DNA of 64,000 nucleotides from Eledone cirrhosa (taxonomy: Eukaryota), in NCBI GenBank assembly GCA_964016885.1, contig OZ024743.1:284828001-284892000 (forward strand), given 5' to 3'. Both the position numbers and the translations under genes were made by a program. Each line of letters begins with the position of its first letter. The first letter of the stretch is position 1. This document shows, one piece after another, positions 52,744 to 63,719 of this stretch. Below the pieces are notes generated by a model. That model was given only the letters and a program-made list of their open reading frames with translations. It ran no database searches and was not told the origin of the DNA.

Positions 52744-55700
52744 CGGGATGGCGGCCGGCGGGGAATAGCCATGTCTCTAGGGGAGAACGACCCCTCTAGT
52801 CTTGGTTGACACTCGTTCTAGAAGTGGTAACACGAAAAGATTACCCCTTGGCGGATAAGGATAAAACGCGACAAAATAAAGTAGATGTCTAATGATGAAA
52901 TCTCATACCGGATCGGCCGTCACCCGGGTAAAAAAGGGCCGCGTCCCTCAGAGAGGAACCAGACTGGGGTCGAAAAATCAGCTAATGGTTCAAACCTTCC
53001 CATCACTTCGGAGCTGGAGACCTCCCATAACCGGAATACTCCTACTGTTGGCCCTCCATGCTCACCACCAAGAAATCCAAAGAAAAAGAGAGAAAAATGG
53101 TCAAGGGAAGATAATAAAGAAGTCCTTGAGGCTTTCTACACTGCCATGTACTACCCATCAAATACATCGAATACAGAGCAAACATATATCAACTGGAAAA
53201 AGAAACATCCCGAAAACAGAGGCTATATTGACAGTAACAAACTAGCCAATATACGAAGAAATATTGTAAGAAAAAAGTTACTAACTGATGTAGAAATTGA
53301 TCAGATCAAGCTAGTAGCACAAAGTCAGCGAAGGGAAAATGAAGCATGTGTCAGTGAAAACGAGGTAAACTGTAACACTTCGAATCCCAGAGTTGGGGCG
53401 GAATCACTGGCAACAGAACAAATTAAAGAAAGGAGCGAAAAAGTGGAGGGAGTGCATGCTCAGGATGAAACTCCAAATGAAAATAATGAGATCGTAAATG
53501 ATAAAGAAATGAATGAGAATGAACTTGCCAACTTGAAGGATGAAATTATGATCGAATGGATGAAAATGAAAGAATCTGACATGGGGGAACGAGACACCCT
53601 CCCTAAGATCCAGAACTCCAAACAGAACCAAAAGATAATACACAAGACAAACATAATTCTCAAAAACATTATCATCACAAACAAACTAAGCATTACTGAC
53701 TTAAATCATCTCTATTATGCATCGGCTAAAGTCACCACTCACTTATGTGGAGTGAAGATGAAAAAACAAAGGAATTCCCACAAGAAATCTACTTGGCAAG
53801 ATAACATCAATCGCCAAATAAACCTTCTCCGATCTGACATAGAAATTTTAACAAACTATAAAGTAGGTGAACATGTTAAACAAACTAAACTTAGAAAATT
53901 GAAAAAAAAGTACAGTATAAGATCAACATGTGACATAGACATGCTGATAGAAACAATCAAGCAAAAAGTGTCGGCCAAAGCTGCTCGTATAAGGCGCTTT
54001 GAAAAACGATCTAGATTCTATAAGGACAATAATATGTTCAAAAACAACCAAAGAAACTTCTACAGAAAAATTGGTAAGTCAACAATAACTGCTAAATCAA
54101 TACCACCCAAGGAGGAAGTGCAAGAATTCTGGGAAAAGATCTGGGCCGAAGAAAAAGTTCATAACATACATGCCCCATGGATAGACAGACAAATGAAAGA
54201 AACAGCTCACCTTGAAGAACAAACATGGGAAAATATAACAGTTGAACAGCTGCGCTTGGCTCTAAGAAAAACCAGCAAATGGAAATCCCCAGGAAAAGAC
54301 AAAATACAAAACTTTTGGATAAATGCCTTCACAGAGTCTCATGAGCTGTTAGCCCAACTTTACAATGAAATAGTTAAGGAGCCAGAAAAGATACCATCAT
54401 GGCTAGTTAACGGCATTACATTCCTGCTACCGAAGAATGATGAGACAAACAATCCCAAAAATTACAGACCGATAACCTGCTTGACCACAATGTATAAAAT
54501 TTTAACATCAGTCCTAACTGAATACACATATGACCACCTGATAACAAATGACCTATTTCCCATTGAGCAGAAAGGGTGTAAACGAGGCTCATATGGCTGT
54601 AAGGATCAGCTTCTGGTTAACAAAATGATACTGGAAGATTGTCATAATAGACACAAAAATCTATCGATTGCTTGGATAGATTATAAAAAAGCATTTGATA
54701 GTTTGCCACACAGTTGGATTGAAAAATGTTTAGAGATTTTCAAAATATCCCCCGTTATCAGGAGGTTTTTGTCATTCAGTATGAGGACATGGAGAACGAC
54801 ACTCCTTTTGAATAGTGAAACAAAATCACTGGAAGCTGGAGAAGTTAACATTAATTGTGGAATTTTTCAGGGTGACTCTTTATCACCGCTTTTATTCTGC
54901 ATCGCACTTATACCATTAGGTAAAATGCTCAATGAAACAAAACATGGATATAGAGTCTATGACAAAACCATTAATCACCTGTTCTACATGGATGACCTGA
55001 AACTATTTGCAAAAAATGATGAACAATTGCAAGGGCTATTATCCACTGTGAAGCAGTTCAGTGATGACATTAAAATGGAGTTTGGACTGGATAAATGCGC
55101 CAAAGCAACGTTCACCAGAGGAAAGCTGCTGAAGAGTTCAGACATTAATCTTGATCGGGGGAACGTGATAAGAGAGCTTGATCAAGAACAAACTTACAAA
55201 TATCTAGGTGTTTGTGAAGGAGACGGAATCAAGCACTCGACAATGAGGGAAAGGATAAGGAAGGAATGTTACCGCAGAGTCAGAGCAATCTTAAGAACGG
55301 AATTGAATGCAAGGAATAGGATCGATGCCATAAACACGCTTGCCATACCAGTAGTAACCTACAGTTACAATGTCATCAACTGGTCAAGCACAGAGATCCG
55401 TAGGCTCGATACAAAAATCCGAAAATTCTTAACCATGCACAGAATGCATCACCCTAAGGCAGACATAGATAGAATATATCTCCCTAGGAAAGAAGGAGGA
55501 CGTGGGTTAATCCAGTTAGACATTGCGTTGAAAACTGCAACAATTGGATTATCCACATATCTAAGGGAATCACATGATTGGATGATCAAACTCGTTTTGA
55601 AACACGAAAGCACCAAAAGATCATATTCCATTACAAAAGATGCACAAAGATACAGTAATGGACTACAAATTTCAGAAGTCCCATTTACTGCTGAAATGGA

Positions 55701-56692
55701 AAACACAGAAAAAGCAAAGCAGGTAAAAGTAACTGCAAAGAAAGAACTGCTACAGAAACTGGCTAAGAAATGGCAAGAAAAGCCTCTGTATGGAAAATAC
55801 CCAGAGCGAGCTAACAATCCTGATGTTGACAAAACTTTAACCCATCAGTGGTTGGCATCCTCTGGACTGAAATCGGAGACTGAAGGACTGATTATATCCG
55901 CACAAGATCAGTGTCTGCCAACAAAAAATTACCAAGCCAACATAATAAAAAATGGGTGCAGCCCATTATGCCGTGTATGCAAAAAACAACCAGAGACCAT
56001 TGACCATATAATTTCAATGTGCAGTCCTATAGCTCCAACCGAATACCTAAACAGGCATGACAGAGCTGCACAATACATACATTGGATAATGTGCAAGCAT
56101 TTTGACCTGCCCCATCAAAAGAATTGGTGGGAGCATCAACCACCTCCCATACTTGAAAAAGATCACATCTCAATCTTGTGGAACTTTAGCATCCAAACAG
56201 ACCGAAAAATAGATGCAAATAGACCTGATATAATATTGAAGGACTTTCAAAGGAGGGTATGCCTGCTAATTGATATGTCTGTTCCAATAGACAAGAATGT
56301 ATCTATAAAAACATTTGAAAAATTGAGCAAGTATAAGGACCTGGAGATAGAAATTGGAAAAATGTGGAAATTGAGAACTAAAACAATACCAGTGGTTGTA
56401 GGCGCTCTGGGAATGATACCTAAGGGGTCTAACGACTACTTATCGCAAATCCCAGGAAACCCGCGTATAGGAGAAATACAAAAGATAGTACTAATGGGAA
56501 CTGCCCATATACTAAGGAAGATCCTGTCAATATAAGTACATCACAAGTCTAAACACTAAGGATGCATGTGTGAATATGTGTGTTCTTTCTTGAACATGGC
56601 GGACCTTGTTGTCTCTTGAGGTCACTGGTTGTGACTTGGTGATAACTCGTATAAACATAAAGCAAGATAAATGCAAATAATAATAATAATAA
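52742..56692 (+). mobile_element. Apparently full-length intact Dong/R4-clade non-LTR retrotransposon
   Basis: GC-rich 5' UTR of 143 nt, single uninterrupted ORF, 3' UTR of about 140 nt, (TAA)n on both sides. Confidence 0.93.
52885..56535 (+). CDS. R4/Dong polyprotein: Myb-like N-terminus, reverse transcriptase, CCHC knuckle, restriction-like endonuclease
   Basis: KWSREDN..; WKSPGKD, NYRPITCL, IDYKKAFDS, GIFQGDSLSPLLF, FYMDD, YKYLG; CRVCKKQPETIDHIISMC, RHD, NRPDIIL..LIDMS..EKLSKYKDL. Confidence 0.96.
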   Translation: MSNDEISYRIGRHPGKKGPRPSERNQTGVEKSANGSNLPITSELETSHNRNTPTVGPPCSPPRNPKKKREKWSREDNKEVLEAFYTAMYYPSNTSNTEQTYINWKKKHPENRGYIDSNKLANIRRNIVRKKLLTDVEIDQIKLVAQSQRRENEACVSENEVNCNTSNPRVGAESLATEQIKERSEKVEGVHAQDETPNENNEIVNDKEMNENELANLKDEIMIEWMKMKESDMGERDTLPKIQNSKQNQKIIHKTNIILKNIIITNKLSITDLNHLYYASAKVTTHLCGVKMKKQRNSHKKSTWQDNINRQINLLRSDIEILTNYKVGEHVKQTKLRKLKKKYSIRSTCDIDMLIETIKQKVSAKAARIRRFEKRSRFYKDNNMFKNNQRNFYRKIGKSTITAKSIPPKEEVQEFWEKIWAEEKVHNIHAPWIDRQMKETAHLEEQTWENITVEQLRLALRKTSKWKSPGKDKIQNFWINAFTESHELLAQLYNEIVKEPEKIPSWLVNGITFLLPKNDETNNPKNYRPITCLTTMYKILTSVLTEYTYDHLITNDLFPIEQKGCKRGSYGCKDQLLVNKMILEDCHNRHKNLSIAWIDYKKAFDSLPHSWIEKCLEIFKISPVIRRFLSFSMRTWRTTLLLNSETKSLEAGEVNINCGIFQGDSLSPLLFCIALIPLGKMLNETKHGYRVYDKTINHLFYMDDLKLFAKNDEQLQGLLSTVKQFSDDIKMEFGLDKCAKATFTRGKLLKSSDINLDRGNVIRELDQEQTYKYLGVCEGDGIKHSTMRERIRKECYRRVRAILRTELNARNRIDAINTLAIPVVTYSYNVINWSSTEIRRLDTKIRKFLTMHRMHHPKADIDRIYLPRKEGGRGLIQLDIALKTATIGLSTYLRESHDWMIKLVLKHESTKRSYSITKDAQRYSNGLQISEVPFTAEMENTEKAKQVKVTAKKELLQKLAKKWQEKPLYGKYPERANNPDVDKTLTHQWLASSGLKSETEGLIISAQDQCLPTKNYQANIIKNGCSPLCRVCKKQPETIDHIISMCSPIAPTEYLNRHDRAAQYIHWIMCKHFDLPHQKNWWEHQPPPILEKDHISILWNFSIQTDRKIDANRPDIILKDFQRRVCLLIDMSVPIDKNVSIKTFEKLSKYKDLEIEIGKMWKLRTKTIPVVVGALGMIPKGSNDYLSQIPGNPRIGEIQKIVLMGTAHILRKILSI

Positions 56693-57005
56693 GATGAAGA
56701 AGAAAAGGAGAGGGAGAAAATTAACCGATACCAGGATTTAAAGTGGGAGTTAAAAAGGATTTGGAACTGCCATGAAATCAAGGTCATACCGATTGTCATA
56801 GGAGCACTAGGTACTATCTCAAAGAGTTTCCAAAGATGGTTAAAGAAGATTAGTCCAGCCCCGCTTTTTGGAACACTTCAAAAGGCATGCTTGCTGGGAA
56901 CAGCAAGAACCTTCCGATACGTCCTGAATATCTGAGGCTGCAGGTAGCGGCTTGATATTCATTTCAACAAACTTTCCAGTTAAATAACATCTGAGACTCA
57001 AAGAA
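56693..57005 (+). pseudogene. 5'-truncated 3' end of a second Dong/R4 family
   Basis: Open frame 56693-56935 EKEREKINRYQDLKWELKRIW..VIPIVIGALG..LQKACLLGTARTFRYVLNI*, short UTR, then AAT repeats. Confidence 0.85.
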
Positions 57006-57172
57006 CAATAATCATAATAATAATAATGGTCGTGGTGGTGTTTTCTGTTATTGGCCACATGGGCCCAAGACATTGATAGTATAAATGAAAACAACAACCA
57101 AAAATATATACAAAGACCAACAGCAAGGGGGTGATAAAGATGATGATGATGGTAATAATAATAATAATAATA

Positions 57173-57355
57173 ATTGTTTCTACTTTTGGCACAAGGCCAG
57201 CAATTACCCAGTGTATTACTGGTACTTTATTTTATCGACCCCGTAAGGATGAAAGGCAAAGTTAACCTCGGCGGGATTTGAACTCAGAATGGAAAGGGCC
57301 GTAACTCTTTGCATCAAAGCATGGCGTCCGACCCTCTACGGATACTGCCAATCCA

Positions 57356-57403
<48 letters not shown>

Positions 57404-57460
57404 TGTTTCTACGTTAGGCACAAGGCCAGCAATTAACCAGTGTATTACTGGTACTTTATT

Positions 57461-57462
<2 letters not shown>
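57173..57462 (-). mobile_element. Young SINE family A copy plus tail fragment, embedded in (AAT)n
   Basis: Copies at 57173-57355 and 57403-57462 separated and flanked by AAT runs. Confidence 0.9.
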
Positions 57463-57498
<36 letters not shown>

Positions 57499-59709
57499 TA
57501 ATAATTACTCATTTCAACATATCGGGAACTTAAAAATTAGAAATTTAAATAAATACATTTTTTAATTTACAAAAAAAAAAATTTATATAAAAGAGTAATC
57601 AAAGAGCTCTATTAATGATAGTGTATTTCAACTTGTATTGAATTTCTATCCTATTCTCTTTTCAAAATGTTCCTCACTTCTAATCATAACTCCTCCCACC
57701 CCTACTCTGTCTTTTTTCTCTCAGAACTACTAAAGTACATTAGTAATAAAATGAAAATTCCTTGATACATTTCTTGCTTCATATTCAACTCCTTTTTATT
57801 TTATGTTATTTGCTATGTGGATGGAGCATGGTCAACTGGTCAAGAAATGTGCTTCATACATGTCCGTTACCATAGCCTCAGGTTGAGCCATTCTTTTTGA
57901 GTGAAATTGGGTAGATAGAAATTGTTTGAAGCCTTTTGGATGGACTGTATCTGTAATTCAAAGGACCAGTTTCCCCCCCCCCCCATTGTGTGATTCTAAA
58001 TCTCCAGAGTTACGTTAAAGGTTCACATATCTGTGAAAGGTTCAGCCACTTACACGTTCAATTTATGTGCAGGCTGTATGTTGATCAAACAACTGGAACA
58101 CTTGTCATTGAAACTGACAGTAATCCATTCTATCTTATATTATTTTATTTTTTATCCATCAGAAAAGCATCCAAGTTGTTGTTAGTGGTGTTGTCTTATT
58201 TTACCAAATGTTACCATCACCCTTAAACAAAAATAAATCTTAACTAAGATTTGTTTTATTTATTCATTTATGTCTTCTCACTCTGCCCCCCCCCCCCCCC
58301 CCTCTCTCCAAATTACGTTGATTCGTTTGAAGTTGCCATTCTTGCTTTATTTTCTCTTTCCTCTCCTTTTTTAAATTTTGTTTTGTTTTAATGTTTATTT
58401 CTTTTCTTTGAGTTATTTACGCAAGTGTATTTTAGTGTTGTAATTTCCAAATGGATCAATCCTTTTGTCTTTGCAAAAACAGCCAATGGGAGAAAAATAG
58501 CTGTTATTTGTAACTGTTGTGAATATTTGTTGTTTAGATTTCTTCTTGTTCTTTGCTGTATGTAATATTTGTTTTCACTCTTGGTGTTATTGCTCTTATT
58601 TTGTACAAATGAGGAAAGCGGGAGATAGAGACTGGCTCATTGTAACATTAATGTAGCCATCAGCTAATCACACTTCATAGTAAATTAATCAATATATTGT
58701 TTCTACTCATTTCAGTGTTGGAGTTAGTCATGGACTTGGATGTAGTGGGACAAAACTAATAATAGCATCATAAAGTCGGTATATGTAAAGTAAGCATTAA
58801 ATTGATGTTATGCAATTTTATATTATATATTTCTTTATATACTTTCTTATAATCCTGTCAGATTAGAAATGAAATAAACTATTTATTAATTGTGTATATT
58901 GCAGTCAGATAATCACTTTTATTTTTATTTGTTATAAATTTTGAGAAGTGTGTGTGTGCATCTTTCTCTTGAGTATTAAAATTGGATTAGTATATGGTTT
59001 AATTAAAACACTTCACATCTCCCTCATTCAGTAGATTCCTTATATTCTGATAGAAGAATAAAATGTTAATTTCTTACACAGATACTGGGCAACAAACATG
59101 CAGTGAAAGGATATAAACTAAAGCAATAATAAATATCAACTAGGAACAGTTCCCCAATAAGGAGGGGAGCTTGCTTTAGAGTAATTCCAGGAAGAACCCC
59201 ACACAAAACCTCAATTACTCTGTTGCCTCATGGGCATTGAAAGTGCCCTCTCCCAGTTTCTTTCCTCCTGCTTACAAAAACATAACCAGTGTAGACCCAT
59301 TCAGCCACATCAATCTCTCCGCTCTCACTTCTCTTTCATAAAACACTCTAGAAGGCAGCATCTCCCTCTCTACCCACACCTTTCTCTTTAAGTGGTACTT
59401 GAAGAAGTTGAAGAGGGTTTGGCCGAAGAGGAACATTCCTAATAATAATGATTAATTTTTCACAAAGCCACAAATCTCTGGTGAAATGGTATATCAATAA
59501 AACCATCTCCAATACATTCTCTGTATTCGCTTTATCAAATATGATCTTAGAATGTAGGAAAACAAAACTAAATTCTTTATTTCAATCAAAGATTGCAACT
59601 AGACATTAAATCAGTCTCTATATCCAAACTCCTTCTTTTATTTTCTCTTCCTTATTTGCCAATCTTGTTGAAGATTTACATATATTCATTAATATTTCTG
59701 TCACGGTTC

Positions 59710-59830
59710 TCTTTGCCTTTCATGCTTCTGGAGTCAATAAAATAAGTACCAGTCATGTACTGTGGGTTTGATGTTAACAACTATACCCACCCCTAAATTT
59801 GAGGTGTTGTGTCTATGTAAGAAATCAATA
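59710..59830 (+). mobile_element. SINE family A fragment
   Basis: CTTTGCCTTTCATGC..AATAAAATAAGTACCAGTCATGTACTG. Confidence 0.65.
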
Positions 59831-60120
59831 TTTCTTTATGCTCCATTGTGAGTAAACAGTACTACCATGAATATTCATGAGTTCTGATCTATTCAATTGG
59901 CAGTATATGATTTGATATCAATTATCATAATAAAATGATAATGAAAATTATTGTATACAGTGCTCAGGTGCAATACAATTCATCAAAGGTGCATTTCTAG
60001 TACATATAATAATGTACTATAAATGTCAGGAAAGTGAAAAGTCTATGGGTCATGATATACACTCAGATACATGTGTGTGTGTGTATGGAGGGGGAATACC
60101 AGGTGTAGTGTTGGCGAATT

Positions 60121-60312
60121 TCATCATCATCAATATCGTTTTTACATTCCTTTTTCCATGCTCGCATGGGTTGGATGGGTCCTTTGTCATCTCTTCTATG
60201 AGTCTCAGCAATTTGAGATCAACTCTCACCACCTCTGCTCAGGTCTTTCTTGGTCTACCTCTACTAACGCTTCCTTCCACTAGGATTTTCTGGCACTTTT
60301 TCACCCAGCAAT
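60121..60312 (-). mobile_element. RTE 3' end
   Basis: Reverse reads CWVKKCQKILVEGSVSRGRPRKT..VVRVDL; CCATGCTCGCATGG hairpin and (GAT)n tail. Confidence 0.8.
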
Positions 60313-61939
60313 CATGGCAATTATGTAGAGGTAAATTAACCAAATGGATAAGGTATTAGACTACCAACTCATATGTTGTTATAGGTCCATATCTTTCTAA
60401 AGCATTTCTTTGTTTTGAGACATGATACCTATATCATTTGGTCATTTGTTTTTTATACATATAACCTAGTAAGAGGAACAAGACACCACTCATGCCCCAT
60501 TTCAGGGCATCCATAACAGGTGGATGGAAGTATTCTCAGATAGGATATTTGGTCCCAATGTTTGTAAGAGAGGGTTTTATTAATGGCACCCAAGTAGTAG
60601 TGTTAAACTGAGTGGCAGAATAAGTCCACCTCCTTATCTGTATATATTTTCCTCTCCTTAGACTCTATATAGCCAGTCTTTTTCTCTCTATTCTATCACA
60701 TTTAAAAACATTTAACTTCTTTTCATTATATGTCAGAATAGTAAAAATAAACAAAAACAAAATAAACAAAACAAGAATATTCTATAATTCATAGCATCTT
60801 GTTTATGGTTTATAACAGTGAATTATGTTTTTTTTTCCCTTTGTTTAATGTTTTTGAAAACATAATTTGTAATATTAGAGAATATAGGTATATATGAAAC
60901 AGTTTCCAACTGGCAACAGGCCAGGTCATGACTTGTATAAAGACATCACTGGGGAATTTATATATAAAAATATATTTAAACAGTTCATTAAACACTATTA
61001 AGGTGTTTTAATATACTATTTAAATAGTATATTCTGTGGTATTTTATTCCTCATCACCATTATGCTGCATATCTTATCCTGAATTAAGCTGCTAAGGTGT
61101 TATAGTGCATATGAATAAGGATACACTGGAGTGAAATCTTGCTGAGTTCTTCAAATATTTTGTTGATAACTCAGATGAGATTATAAGAAAGAAGTCAGTA
61201 AAGTAGAGAAGTAAAATCATCATCATTCTTATCATCTTCATCATCATCATCACCATTATCATTTAACCTCCATTTTCCTTGCTAGTAAAATATGAAAAGT
61301 AAACAAGTGAACTGAGACAAATTGAAAAATGAATGAATGCATTTGGGAGAGGAAGATAGAATACCTGAACGATTCAGATGAATGAATGAGTGGGTGAGTA
61401 GGTGTGAGGGTAGGTGGATAAGTTGGTCAAAAAGATAAATATGATATGAAAGTGAAAAAAAATGATTAAAACAAAGATAACTAACTGTAAAAACTGACAG
61501 AAATGATTATAAGTATTTCAGACTTGAGACTAAATACTGAAGTGGAAGCAGCACATACCTTAACAAAACTTCTAGTCAAATGATATCGCACATTGACTTT
61601 TTATCTAATTAATAAAAGAACATGAGTGCATGTACCTGGAAAAATTATTTGAAAGTTGACAGCAGTAGTCTAACCAGTTGCAACAATGAATACTATTGTG
61701 GCCTGTTGATTCTTAGCAGTTAATTCTCGGGTTAGATTGTTTTAGAGGCAATAAATAAGTTCCATAACCATTTGAGTTATTGGGACATGACTGAAAGCTC
61801 TGTATTTATTTACGTATTCAATGCTGGATAGACTAAAGTTATCTTTTATTGCATTTTACACACAATCAGAAAGATTTGAAACCTAACTATAATGAAATTG
61901 TTTTTTTTATCATTTTAGTGATTTCAATATTGATAAAGC

Positions 61940-62300
61940 AATGAGTTCAAATCCTGCCAAGATTAGCTCTGCCTTACATCCTTACGGGATTGATAAAATA
62001 AAGTACCAGTAATGCACTGGTATCAATTTAATCGATTTTCTCCTCCAAAAAAATTGTTGACCATTATTTTAGTGATTTCAGTCATTGGATTGTGGCTATG
62101 TTAGGCTCACACCTTCTTAGGTAGAATTGATTATATTGGCTGTTTTCATTACCACCAGCCACTCTAATGCTTATTTTATGAAACTCAGAAGGATGAAGGG
62201 AAAAGATGAGCTAAGTGAGATTTCAACTCAGAGTGTATAGAGATGTAATCAAACGCTAAAAGTATTCTGATGCTCTGATAAATCTGCCAATCCAGGTGGC
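61940..62300. mobile_element. Two oppositely oriented SINE family A remnants
   Basis: Plus copy 61940-62068; minus copy about 62170-62300. Confidence 0.6.
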
Positions 62301-63041
62301 ATATATTTCCTGTCTGTACAAGACACTCATTGTTTAAAACAATTAATTTTATCACCCCATAATATATCTGTTTGTAGCTTTGTAGCTTCATCAACTGGGA
62401 TATTGAAAGTTACATTTCTTAGTTATGGATGCAGTGAAACTGTTGTGAAAGTAAATAAACATCATTCATTCGACTAGAATTCTATCACCCTATTGATTAA
62501 ACCAGCTGCATAACAGTGTATAAGAATAAAAGAATAACATGAAATGTGTTTTTATAACTGAAGAAAAAATCATACTCACGCACACACACATGCATATATA
62601 TATAATGTTAAACAATGAAAAGAAAAAGAAAAATACAAGGTGAAGTAGTTTATTAATCCATTGTTTTATGATCATTTCAAAGAGCAAGATTATCAATGTG
62701 CAGACTAATCAATAGCAGTTGTACATCTCCATACCATCAAACTTGTAAAAGCACATCTGCTCTGCTGGTAATCCTCAGAAACAATGATTCAGATTTTTAT
62801 TAGATAGATGAGTAAACAGGTCAGATGGAAGAAAAAGCACTTATACAATGACATATTCAACAATATCATCTTTCCATAAAAACAGATTTCACTTCACTTT
62901 CATGGGATATTCACATCAAGATAGGAGTTCAATTATATTGTAATTGAACTCCTATCTTTATTAACCTCTGCCTTGAATGTACTTTCACCCAGTTTGGCTG
63001 GTTAGACTAACTTCCATTGACATTTGTGTTAACAACTACAT

Positions 63042-63132
63042 CTTCTCTGAAGATCCTATACCACTGATGTAACGACTTACATGTGTAAACAAAGTTACCG
63101 ACTGTGGCGTAAGTGAAACATCATGTAAGAAG
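63042..63132 (+). ncRNA. Type I hammerhead ribozyme-like motif with canonical core
   Basis: Stem I CTTCT/AGAAG, CTGAAGA, extended stem II (CCAC/GTGG, GTAAC/GTTAC, TTAC/GTAA), GAAAC-ATCAT-GTA. Confidence 0.65.
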
Positions 63133-63719
63133 TAAAATTTTGTTCTAACAACCTGCAACTCCTCCATTTATTAATTTTGCTTATACCTGCTCTGCTTGAA
63201 CCCTTCATTAAATATTAACCCCTCTCTAATATTTAACACTGCTAACCCAAGCATTGAGCCCACCTCGCTTCAGCTATCGGCATTTAGTATACCGTATCAC
63301 ACCTTTCTATCTCTCTCTCCTCCTTTCTTATGATACATATATCCTCTCATATATAGATATATACACACACACATGTACTTACATAGATACACACACATAT
63401 ATGTATACACATACTCAGATATGTGTATATACATAAAATACAAGGATGATATTTGGCATCTGTTAGTTTATGGTTTATTACCTTGTCGATACACATTTCA
63501 GATTAATCAATAACCGGTCTTCTTCGCCTATGCCATTTCCTATTCAAAACTCAAATGTTTTATTACACATTACTGTCCAACCCATTATAGGTTAACAGGA
63601 AACAATCTAATCGTTTGATTTCATAAAAATTGCAATTCAATTTTTTTTTAAATATTTTATTGATTGTTAGTTTCAAGATCAAGAACCTTTCAGATTGTAA
63701 GAAAGAGAAATAAAAGAAT

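Noticed and set aside
52745-52830. Canonical HDV-like ribozyme call
   Set aside because: Could not place P1, P2, P3, P1.1 and the catalytic C in the required order; kept only as an unexplained structured UTR
53404-55832. Antisense and alternate-frame ORFs inside the Dong ORF
   Set aside because: Shadow ORFs of the long coding frame
63480-63535. Additional hammerhead-like traces (also near 6325, 15280, 60900 and 62380)
   Set aside because: Cores too mutated to support a ribozyme call
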